Shown: one piece after another, positions 28,203 through 35,371 of the stretch | Numbering within the stretch: position 1 is the first letter of the stretch | How the letters are laid out: each line of letters begins with the position of its first letter | Program-made: the position numbers and the translations under genes | NCBI GenBank assembly: GCA_944364655.1 | Contig: CALVWG010000036.1 | Location: 1-39,539, forward strand | Direction of reading: 5' to 3' | DNA from: an uncultured Bacilli bacterium | Lineage (GTDB): Bacteria > Bacillota_I > Bacilli_A > RF39 > UBA660 | DNA length: 39,539 bases | The notes under the pieces: generated by a model | What the model saw: the letters and a program-made list of their open reading frames with translations, nothing else | What the model was told of the DNA's origin: nothing | Database searches by the model: none

Positions 28203-28318
28203 TATGTGATTAATAAATATAATTTATGAAAAGTGTACAATTAATTTTAAATTATAGTTAAAAAAGTTTAATATTGGATATTTTAAACATACATTTTTAT
28301 TATATGTTAATAAGTCTA

Positions 28319-28334
28319 TGTTTCACGTGAAACA
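28319..28334. promoter_or_regulatory. parS site 7
   Basis: TGTTTCACGTGAAACA. Confidence 0.8.
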
Positions 28335-28399
28335 TGTTGAAATAATTGTATTTTTTATTAAAAATTATAAATTGTTTTGATTATAACTAAAATTTTTAA

Positions 28400-28415
28400 T
28401 GTTCCACGTGGAACA
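28400..28415. promoter_or_regulatory. parS site 8
   Basis: TGTTCCACGTGGAACA. Confidence 0.8.
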
Positions 28416-28428
28416 TATGATTTTTTGG

Positions 28429-28457
28429 TTGCTTTTTCTTTAATATTTTGATATAAG
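28429..28457 (+). promoter_or_regulatory. candidate ffs promoter with an extended -10
   Basis: TTGCTT (28429-28434), a 17-nt spacer, then TG-a-TATAAG (28449-28457). This places the transcription start at about 28464. Confidence 0.55.
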
Positions 28458-28463
28458 TATTTT

Positions 28464-28540
28464 GTGCAACAAATAAATTGTAATCTGGTCAGGATCGGAA
28501 GATAGCAGCCACATCAATCCCTGTTTGTGTGCACTTTTTT
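28464..28540 (+). ncRNA. ffs: signal recognition particle RNA, short (4.5S-like) form
   Basis: CUGGUCAGGAUCGGAAGAUAGCAGCC matches the conserved domain IV (GGUCAGGUCCGGAAGGAAGCAGCC, GGAA tetraloop). The 5' GTGCAACAAA pairs with the 3' TTTGTGTGCAC and a T6 run follows. It sits in the usual ffs/tadA/dnaX neighbourhood. Confidence 0.8.
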
Positions 28541-28555
28541 ATTGGAGGAATTTAA

Positions 28556-28993
28556 ATGGTGCACTTTTTTGATATTTGTATAGAAGAAGCAAAAAGAAGT
28601 TATCAACATGATGATGTGCCTGTTGGAGCTATTATTGTAAAAGATAATGAAATTATTGCTAAATCTCATAATACTAGGCAAAAAAATAATGATATTTTAG
28701 GTCATGCTGAAATTAATGTAATAAAAAAAGCCGCTAAAGCATTAAATCGCTGGAATTTAAGTGATTGTGAGTTATATGTAACTTTAAAACCTTGTTCTAT
28801 GTGTTTAGAAGTAATAAAACAGGCTAAAATATGCAAAGTTTTTTATTTATTAGATAAACTTGACTATAAAAAAGAGTTTAATAAATGTAAAATGTGTAAA
28901 GTTAATGTAAATCAAGAAGGAAATATCGAACAAATGTATTCTGAGATGCTTTCTGATTTTTTTAAAGAAAAAAGAAGAAAAAATATGTTATAA
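28556..28993 (+). CDS. tadA: tRNA-specific adenosine-34 deaminase
   Basis: HAEINVIKKA and PCSMCLEVI zinc-binding CDA motifs, 145 aa. Confidence 0.9.
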   Translation: MVHFFDICIEEAKRSYQHDDVPVGAIIVKDNEIIAKSHNTRQKNNDILGHAEINVIKKAAKALNRWNLSDCELYVTLKPCSMCLEVIKQAKICKVFYLLDKLDYKKEFNKCKMCKVNVNQEGNIEQMYSEMLSDFFKEKRRKNML

Positions 28994-29024
28994 TATTTTT
29001 GTTTAATTTTATTGGGAGGTTGTT

Positions 29025-30662
29025 ATGGAATACAAAGTTTTATATAGAAAATATAGACCCGATTCTTTTAAGAAAATTATAGGTCAAGATTATACCGTTA
29101 AAATGCTTCAAAATGCAATTATTCACAATAAAATTGCTCATTCTTATCTTTTTACTGGACCAAGAGGAACTGGTAAAACTAGTACAGCTAAAGTTTTTGC
29201 TAAAACTATCAATTGTGAGCATCTTGTGGATGGTGAGGCATGCGGTAAATGTAATTCTTGTTTATCATTTAATAATAGCCCTGATATAATTGAAATAGAT
29301 GCAGCTTCAAATAATGGTGTTGATGATATAAGAGAACTTATTAACAATGTTAAAATAGCCCCTACTGAAAGTAAATATAAAATTTATATTATTGACGAAG
29401 TTCACATGATGACTCCTAGTGCTTTTAATGCATTATTATTAACTTTGGAAGAACCACCAGCACATGCTATTTTTATTATGGCAACTACGAATGTTGAAAG
29501 TGTACCTATAACTATATTATCTAGATGTCAGAGATTTAATTTTAATAAAATTTCTCTTGATGATTTAGTAAAGCAAATACATACAATATGTACCGAAGAA
29601 AATATTTCAATAACTGATGATGCTGTTTTGGAAATTGCAAATTTATCAGAAGGTGGAATGCGAGATGCACTAAGTTTACTAGATCAATTATCTGCTACTG
29701 GTGATGAAATAACTATTGATAAAATATTGGTAAATTATGGTTCTATTTCATTAAAATTTATTAAAGATTTATTAAAATTTGTTGAAAATAAAGATATTGA
29801 AAATATTCATAAAGCTTTTTTAGAGTTACAAAATACTTCTTCAGATTATAAGGTGTTTATAAAAAAAATTGTGCAAGAATTGTCAAATGAAGGTATATCT
29901 ATTCTTGAATCTAATTATTCTGGCAACTTTAGTTATAAGCAAATTAAAAAAATAGTCTTTGAATTAAATGATATTTTAAATAAAGTAAATATAAATATTA
30001 ATCCTTTTATTTTGATTGAAATGGTTTTTTTAGAATCTTTAAATTATGAAAATAATGAAATAGAAAATAAAAATGTTAATAACTATATGGAAAACGTTGA
30101 TAATATTTTAAATAATAGCAATGAAAAAAAGAAAATTGATTTTGGTTTAAAGGAAAATAAAAAAGAAAGTAAAGTTATTGAAAAAGAAAATGATAAGGAA
30201 TATTTGGAAAAATTAAAAAAAATAAGAGTTAATAATTGTTTTTCTAATGCAAAAAAAGAATTTTTAAATAATTTTCAGTCGAAATGGCAAGAAGCAATAG
30301 ATGATGACAATATTAAGCCTAATATAAAGTCCTTTTTATTGGATTCTAAAATAGTTGCAGCATCTGATGAAAATTGCATAATTACGGCTAAATTAAAAAG
30401 TACTGTTCATTTAATTAATCATAATTTAGATGAATTAACTAATGAATTAAATAAGTATTTTGAAAAAAAAGTATGTTTCATAGCGTTAGATGAAAATGAA
30501 TGGCAAAGTGCTCGGCAAGAATATGCTCAAACTATTAAAAATGGTGGGACATATACTAAAATGTCAGAAGATGAAATTGAAGAATTAAAGCCAAAAAACA
30601 AATCTGATATTGAAGAAATTGCCACAAATGTATTTAATCGTGATAAAATAGAAATGGTTTAA
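29025..30662 (+). CDS. dnaX: DNA polymerase III subunit tau/gamma
   Basis: YRKYRP..F..IIGQ, Walker A GPRGTGKTS, the zinc module CGKCNSC, DEVHM and SRCQRF. Confidence 0.95.
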   Translation: MEYKVLYRKYRPDSFKKIIGQDYTVKMLQNAIIHNKIAHSYLFTGPRGTGKTSTAKVFAKTINCEHLVDGEACGKCNSCLSFNNSPDIIEIDAASNNGVDDIRELINNVKIAPTESKYKIYIIDEVHMMTPSAFNALLLTLEEPPAHAIFIMATTNVESVPITILSRCQRFNFNKISLDDLVKQIHTICTEENISITDDAVLEIANLSEGGMRDALSLLDQLSATGDEITIDKILVNYGSISLKFIKDLLKFVENKDIENIHKAFLELQNTSSDYKVFIKKIVQELSNEGISILESNYSGNFSYKQIKKIVFELNDILNKVNININPFILIEMVFLESLNYENNEIENKNVNNYMENVDNILNNSNEKKKIDFGLKENKKESKVIEKENDKEYLEKLKKIRVNNCFSNAKKEFLNNFQSKWQEAIDDDNIKPNIKSFLLDSKIVAASDENCIITAKLKSTVHLINHNLDELTNELNKYFEKKVCFIALDENEWQSARQEYAQTIKNGGTYTKMSEDEIEELKPKNKSDIEEIATNVFNRDKIEMV

Positions 30663-30678
30663 GAAAGAGGGTAATTGT

Positions 30679-30975
30679 ATGAATATGCAAAGTATAATGG
30701 CTCAAGCACAAAGAATGCAAAGAGATATTCAGAAAAAAAAGGATGAAATTAATGCAAAATTATTTCCCGGGAAATATGAATTTGTCGAAGTTACTTTAAA
30801 CGGTAAAAAGGAAATGGTACGTTGTAAAATAAATAAAGAAAGTTTAGATGCATCTGATATGGAGTTATTAGAAGACTTTATTGTATTAGCAACAAAAAAT
30901 GCAATTCAACAAATTGATCAAGAAATTCAAGCTAAAATGGGTCAATATGCTGGGATGTTAGATGGTTTGATGTAA
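30679..30975 (+). CDS. ybaB: YbaB/EbfC nucleoid-associated protein
   Basis: 98 aa beginning MQSIMAQAQRMQRDIQKKKDE, in the conserved dnaX-ybaB-recR context. Confidence 0.9.
   Translation: MNMQSIMAQAQRMQRDIQKKKDEINAKLFPGKYEFVEVTLNGKKEMVRCKINKESLDASDMELLEDFIVLATKNAIQQIDQEIQAKMGQYAGMLDGLM
30761..30776. promoter_or_regulatory. Noc-binding-site palindrome inside ybaB
   Basis: TATTTCCCGGGAAATA. The shared upstream flank AAAAT (30756-30760) matches the other two copies. Confidence 0.65.
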
Positions 30976-30976
30976 A

Positions 30977-31582
30977 ATGGGAATTTATCCAAAAACTTTT
31001 GAAAATTTAGTTGAATCTTTTAAAAAATATCCTGGTATTGGCGAAAAAAATGCTGAAAGAATGGCCCTTGCTACATTAGATATGCCGTTAGAAGATATTG
31101 ATTTAATGAGTGAATCTTTAGTAAATGGGAAAAAAAAATTACATCCTTGTAGTATATGTGGTTATATGACTGATCAAGATATTTGTAGTATTTGTAGTAA
31201 TGAAAATAGAAATAAAAATTTGATTTGTGTAGTTGAAGATTATAGAAGTGCATTTGCTTTTGAAAAAGTTGGAAAATTTAATGGAGTATATCATGTTTTA
31301 AATGGATTAATTTCACCTATGTTAAATATTGGATACGATGATATAAATTTAGCTTCTTTAATAAAAAGAGTTGATAAATTAGAAAATCCCGAATTGATTT
31401 TAGCTTTAAAAAGTACAATGGAAGGAGAAACAACAACTGCATATATTAAAAAGAAATTTGAAAATAAAAATGTTATTATTAGTAGACTATCTTATGGAAT
31501 TCCTATGGGAGCGGAGATTGAATATTTAGATATGGTAACTTTAGATAAAGCTTTGTATGATAGGAAAATAATATCTAAATGA
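30977..31582 (+). CDS. recR: recombination protein RecR
   Basis: HhH motif YPGIGEKNAERMAL, the C4 zinc finger CSICGYMTDQDICSICS, and Toprim ICVVEDYRS. Confidence 0.95.
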   Translation: MGIYPKTFENLVESFKKYPGIGEKNAERMALATLDMPLEDIDLMSESLVNGKKKLHPCSICGYMTDQDICSICSNENRNKNLICVVEDYRSAFAFEKVGKFNGVYHVLNGLISPMLNIGYDDINLASLIKRVDKLENPELILALKSTMEGETTTAYIKKKFENKNVIISRLSYGIPMGAEIEYLDMVTLDKALYDRKIISK

Positions 31583-31632
31583 TTGTTTTAAATTAAAAAT
31601 TATGCTATTATTGTTTTAATGGAGGGATATTT

Positions 31633-32208
31633 ATGACTAATGAAATAATAAGATCTTATTTGCTTGCAAATAAATTAAAAGATGTTTTACGTACTGGATG
31701 GTTGGAAGTTAAAATTTCTGGAGAAAGAATTGAATCAGTAGCTGAACATATTTATGGAAGTATTGTTTTGGCTAATATAATGAATAAAGTATATGAATTA
31801 AATTTAGATATGTTAAAAGTTATTAATATGATTATTGATAAGGAATCAGAAAAAATTTTTATGGCTAAAGAAAATACTCCAATTAGTAATGATTCAACTA
31901 ACAACGATGTTAATAATAATTCTCAAAGTGAATATTTAGCCGAATTTAATCTTGGTGAATCTAAAGAAGCTATTTTTTGCAAACAAATTTTAAAAATTGA
32001 ATCTGATTTGCAAGCTAAAATTTATGAATTAAATGGTAATTTTAGTTTAGAAAATGCTTTGAATGATGTTAAAAATTTTGGTGAGCCTTTAGCAAGTCAA
32101 ATTTTACCAAATGTAAAAAAGCCAAGTGATGGATGGTTAGAGTACAATAGACAATTTTACTCTGATGAAATATTTAAAAATTTATCAAATGAAATTCAAA
32201 AATTGTAG
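31633..32208 (+). CDS. HD_3/YfbR-like HD-domain protein with an apparently degenerate metal site
   Basis: LRTGWL....ESVAEHIYGS matches the N-terminal block of the HD_3 family. The position where the HD dyad is expected reads IIDKE. Confidence 0.45.
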   Translation: MTNEIIRSYLLANKLKDVLRTGWLEVKISGERIESVAEHIYGSIVLANIMNKVYELNLDMLKVINMIIDKESEKIFMAKENTPISNDSTNNDVNNNSQSEYLAEFNLGESKEAIFCKQILKIESDLQAKIYELNGNFSLENALNDVKNFGEPLASQILPNVKKPSDGWLEYNRQFYSDEIFKNLSNEIQKL

Positions 32209-32214
32209 CAAAAG

Positions 32215-32242
32215 AAAATCAGAATAAAATCTGATTTTTTTT
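32215..32242 (+). terminator. rho-independent terminator after the HD-domain gene
   Basis: AAATCAGA (32216-32223) / TCTGATTT (32230-32237) with a 6-nt loop, followed by a T-run. Confidence 0.7.
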
Positions 32243-32266
32243 AATATATTTTAATGAGGGAAAACT

Positions 32267-32455
32267 ATGTTAAAAAAAATAGCTATAATTTTAAAGAAAA
32301 TCGTTTTAGCTTTTTTAATGTTATATGGATTGAATTATTTTATTTCATCTTTGCAAATATATATTCCAATTAACCTTATTACTGTTAGTATTGTTAGTTT
32401 ATTAGGTGTTCCAGGGCTTTCTTCTTTAATTATTTTATATTTTATAGTAAAATAA
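32267..32455 (+). CDS. bofA: pro-sigma-K processing inhibitor BofA (short form)
   Basis: IYIPINLITVSIVSLLGVPGLSSLIILYFIV aligns with B. subtilis BofA IHVPINLVTTAISGILGIPGIAALVVIKQFI. It lies near recR, as in Bacillus. Confidence 0.75.
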   Translation: MLKKIAIILKKIVLAFLMLYGLNYFISSLQIYIPINLITVSIVSLLGVPGLSSLIILYFIVK

Positions 32456-32471
32456 TATTGGGTGAGCAAAT

Positions 32472-33317
32472 GTGGATAACAAAGTTTTTTTTGAATTAGT
32501 GCACTCATACCGTGAGAATAAATTGGCTCACGCTTTTTTGCTTGAAACAAATAATCCTGAAAAGTGTTATAATATGATACGACAATTTTTAAAGTTAATT
32601 AATTGTCCTAAAGAATATAAAGAAAATTGTCATGATTGCAATTTATGTCATTTGATTGATACATTTTCTTTACCTAGCTTAATTACTATTTATCCTGATG
32701 GAATTAATATTAAAAAAGAGCAAATTTTGGATTTAAAAAAAGCTTTTCAAACTAAACCTGTTTTTTCTAAATATAATATGTATATAATTATGGGAGCCGA
32801 AAATTTAAATGCTTCAAGTGCCAATACAATGTTAAAATTTTTAGAAGAACCAGAAGATAATATATTAGGATTTTTTATTACTAATAATAAAGAAAACGTT
32901 ATTGATACAATAAAAAGTCGTTGTCAAATATTATTAGACTATTATGAAACAAATTCTAGTTCTTTAATTAATGATGATTATTATGATATAGCAATAAATT
33001 ATATAGTTGAATTAGAAAGTGTTAAAATAGAAGCGCTTCTTTATAATAAAGATGTATTACTTCCGATTATAAAAGATAAAAACACGTTAATTTTGATATT
33101 TAAAAATATGTTATTTATATATCAAAATGTTTATTTTAGTAAACTTAATTATGAAAAATTAAATGATAAAAATGATAAGGTTGCATTTTTGTTAAAAAAA
33201 GATAGTAATTATTTATTAAAAAAAATTGAATTAATTTTAAAATTGTTAGATGAATTAAATTATAATTTAAATCTTTCTTTAGTAATAGATCGTTTTGTAT
33301 TAGAAAGTGGTGATTAA
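32472..33317 (+). CDS. holB: DNA polymerase III delta' subunit
   Basis: LAHAFLLE, a Cys/His cluster (CHDCNLCH), LKFLEEPE and TIKSRCQIL. The GTG start lies behind GGGTGAG. Confidence 0.85.
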   Translation: MDNKVFFELVHSYRENKLAHAFLLETNNPEKCYNMIRQFLKLINCPKEYKENCHDCNLCHLIDTFSLPSLITIYPDGINIKKEQILDLKKAFQTKPVFSKYNMYIIMGAENLNASSANTMLKFLEEPEDNILGFFITNNKENVIDTIKSRCQILLDYYETNSSSLINDDYYDIAINYIVELESVKIEALLYNKDVLLPIIKDKNTLILIFKNMLFIYQNVYFSKLNYEKLNDKNDKVAFLLKKDSNYLLKKIELILKLLDELNYNLNLSLVIDRFVLESGD

Positions 33318-34112
33318 ATGAATGTATATGGTGTAATTTTTAAAGATAAAGGTAAATCTTATTATTTCAATGGTCATGATTTAAAAATTCCAAATCGAGT
33401 AACTGTTATTGTTGAAACAGAAAAAGGCGAGCAATTTGGAAGAGTTGTAAATAAATTAGATAATGATAGAATTAAAAATATAAAAACTGAATTAAAAAAT
33501 ATTTTAAGAATTGCAACAAAAAAAGATTATGAACAATATTTAAATAATTTAAAAGATGCCAAAAAAGCTTTAGAAAGTGCTAAAAAATTTAGTGAAGAAT
33601 TAAATTTAGAAATGAATTTTATTGATGCTACTTTTACTTTTGATCGTAAACAATTATTATTTAATTTTTATGCTGATGAAAGAGTCGATTTTCGGGAACT
33701 TGCTAAAAAATTAGCTAGTGTATATCATACAAGAATTGAATTAAGACAAATTGGAGCACGTGATAAAGCTGAACATGTTGGAGGTATTGGAATTTGTGGT
33801 CGTACTCTTTGCTGTGCAAGTTGTTTAACTCATTTGGATTCTGTAACGATGAATATGGCAAAAAATCAAAATTTAGCTTTAAATCCTTCAAAAATAAATG
33901 GGGTTTGTGGAAGACTTCTATGCTGTTTAGCTTATGAAGATGCCCAATATATTGAAGCAAATAAAGAAATGCCTAGTGTAGGTGAAGAAGTTGATTCAAT
34001 TTTTGGCAAAGGGAAAGTTATTTCGATAGATATACTTAATAAAAAATATAAAATATTAATTAATGATGAAGTAAAGGAAATAAATTTAAATAAAAATGAA
34101 AAAACAAATTAA
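33318..34112 (+). CDS. ricT: PSP1-domain protein RicT/YaaT (stage 0 sporulation protein)
   Basis: PSP1 C-terminal domain with the Cys cluster GICGRTLCCASCL..GVCGRLLCCLAYE, immediately after holB as in Bacillus. Confidence 0.88.
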   Translation: MNVYGVIFKDKGKSYYFNGHDLKIPNRVTVIVETEKGEQFGRVVNKLDNDRIKNIKTELKNILRIATKKDYEQYLNNLKDAKKALESAKKFSEELNLEMNFIDATFTFDRKQLLFNFYADERVDFRELAKKLASVYHTRIELRQIGARDKAEHVGGIGICGRTLCCASCLTHLDSVTMNMAKNQNLALNPSKINGVCGRLLCCLAYEDAQYIEANKEMPSVGEEVDSIFGKGKVISIDILNKKYKILINDEVKEINLNKNEKTN

Positions 34113-34803
34113 TTGGTTATTTGATTATCCAAATTTACAAGTTTATCAATATGCTGAAGGATTTAAATTTTCTTTAGATTCAATTTTATTGGCGGAGTTT
34201 GCTAAAATTAAAAAAAGCGATGAAAAAATAATTGATTTATGTACAGGTAATGCTGTTATTCCAATTATTTTAAATTTTAAATTTCATAAAAAAATAATTG
34301 GTGTTGAATTACAAAAAGAAATATTTGATTTAGCAAAAGATTCTGTTTCTATTAACCATATGGAAAAGGAAATAAATTTGTTAAATGAGAATGTTTTAAA
34401 TTTAGAAAATTATTTCCCGGGAAATAATTTTGATGTTGTTTTATCAAATCCGCCATATTTTAAGTATCATCATGAAAATTTTATAAACAAAAATTTAACA
34501 AAAAGCCTTGCTAGACATGAAATAACAATAAATTTGGAATCATTAATAAAAATTGCAAGTTATTTACTAAAAAGTAAAGGACGATTTTATCTAGTACATA
34601 TTCCTAGTAGAATAGATGAAATAATTGTTTTTGCGAAAAAATATAATTTTGGAATAAAAGAAATTCAATTTGTTCATTCTAAAATTGAAGAATCGCCAAT
34701 AATAGTTTTGATAACTTTAATTAAAGATGGAAAATTTGGAACAAAAGTTAAACCACCAATAAGTATTTTAAATTTAAATACTTATCAAGGTTTATTTGAA
34801 TAG
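34096..34803 (+). CDS. TrmN6/YabB-like SAM-dependent methyltransferase (tRNA m6A37-type)
   Basis: GFKFSLDSILLA, the SAM-binding IIDLCTGNAVI and NPPYF. It overlaps ricT by 17 nt. Confidence 0.8.
   Translation: MKKQINWLFDYPNLQVYQYAEGFKFSLDSILLAEFAKIKKSDEKIIDLCTGNAVIPIILNFKFHKKIIGVELQKEIFDLAKDSVSINHMEKEINLLNENVLNLENYFPGNNFDVVLSNPPYFKYHHENFINKNLTKSLARHEITINLESLIKIASYLLKSKGRFYLVHIPSRIDEIIVFAKKYNFGIKEIQFVHSKIEESPIIVLITLIKDGKFGTKVKPPISILNLNTYQGLFE
34411..34426. promoter_or_regulatory. Noc-binding-site palindrome inside the methyltransferase gene
   Basis: TATTTCCCGGGAAATA, within the 26-bp perfect palindrome AAAATTATTTCCCGGGAAATAATTTT (34406-34431). Confidence 0.65.
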
Positions 34804-34814
34804 TAGGTGAAATA

Positions 34815-35360
34815 ATGAAAATGATTGTTGGGTTAGGAAATCCTGAAAAAAAATATGAATTAACAAGACATAATATAGGTTTTATGGTTTTAGATTCATT
34901 TAATTTGAATTTTAAAGAAGAAAAAAAATTTCAAGCTTTGATATGTAAAAAGAAATTGAATAATGAAGATGTTATTTTTGTTAAACCTTTAACTTATATG
35001 AATTTAAGTGGAATTTCGGTTATAAAAATAAGTAATTATTATCATATTATGCCAAAAGATATTTTAGTTATTCAAGACGATTTAGATTTACCTGTTGGTA
35101 AGTATAAATTGAAAACTAATAGTTCTTCTGGAGGACATAATGGAATTAAATCAATTATAGAAAATTTAAAAACTAATGAATTTTGTCGTTTAAAAATAGG
35201 AATTAGTCATGATAGAAATATATCTACAATTGATTATGTTTTAGGAAAATTTAGTAAAGAAGATTTAAAAGTTTTAGAAGATCAGTTTAATCTTTTTAAA
35301 GAAATAATAGAATCTTTTATTAAAGATGGTATTGATAAAACTATGAATAATTTTAATTAA
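34815..35360 (+). CDS. pth: peptidyl-tRNA hydrolase
   Basis: IVGLGNPEKKYELTRHNIGF, with GGHNGIKS near the middle. Confidence 0.95.
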   Translation: MKMIVGLGNPEKKYELTRHNIGFMVLDSFNLNFKEEKKFQALICKKKLNNEDVIFVKPLTYMNLSGISVIKISNYYHIMPKDILVIQDDLDLPVGKYKLKTNSSSGGHNGIKSIIENLKTNEFCRLKIGISHDRNISTIDYVLGKFSKEDLKVLEDQFNLFKEIIESFIKDGIDKTMNNFN

Positions 35361-35371
35361 GTGGTGAAGAT

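Larger units (their letters stand above)
27579..28416. repeat. array of eight parS-type palindromes in non-coding DNA
   Basis: The 18-bp unit ATGTT[C/T]CACGTG[G/A]AACAT occurs eight times at irregular spacings of 39-171 bp. No ORF of 60 aa or more is present. Confidence 0.85.

Noticed and set aside
27579-28416. Possible CRISPR array, given the repeated 18-bp element with AT-rich spacers
   Set aside because: The repeats are perfect palindromes matching parS, they are too short, the spacing is highly irregular (39-171 bp), and no cas genes or leader are present.
27566-28463. Expected rRNA/tRNA operon downstream of gyrA, as in B. subtilis
   Set aside because: The spacer is almost pure A/T apart from the palindromes. 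I could find no 16S/23S/5S conserved blocks and no tRNA cloverleaf.
29040-29347. Two short ORFs (60 and 67 aa) antisense to dnaX
   Set aside because: Both lie inside the AAA+ domain coding region of dnaX and have no independent signals.
30100-30140. A-runs in dnaX (for example A AAA AAA G near 30123) as a possible programmed -1 frameshift site for a gamma subunit
   Set aside because: A-runs are ubiquitous in this AT-rich genome, no downstream stem-loop or nearby stop in the -1 frame was evident, and frameshifting in dnaX is not established for Firmicutes.
31071-31253. 60-aa ORF antisense to recR
   Set aside because: Tyr/His-rich shadow ORF inside recR.
32335-32550. 71-aa ORF antisense to bofA and the holB start
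   Set aside because: It overlaps two supported genes on the opposite strand and has no RBS.
33715-33960. 81-aa ORF antisense to ricT
   Set aside because: Shadow ORF inside the conserved PSP1 domain coding region.
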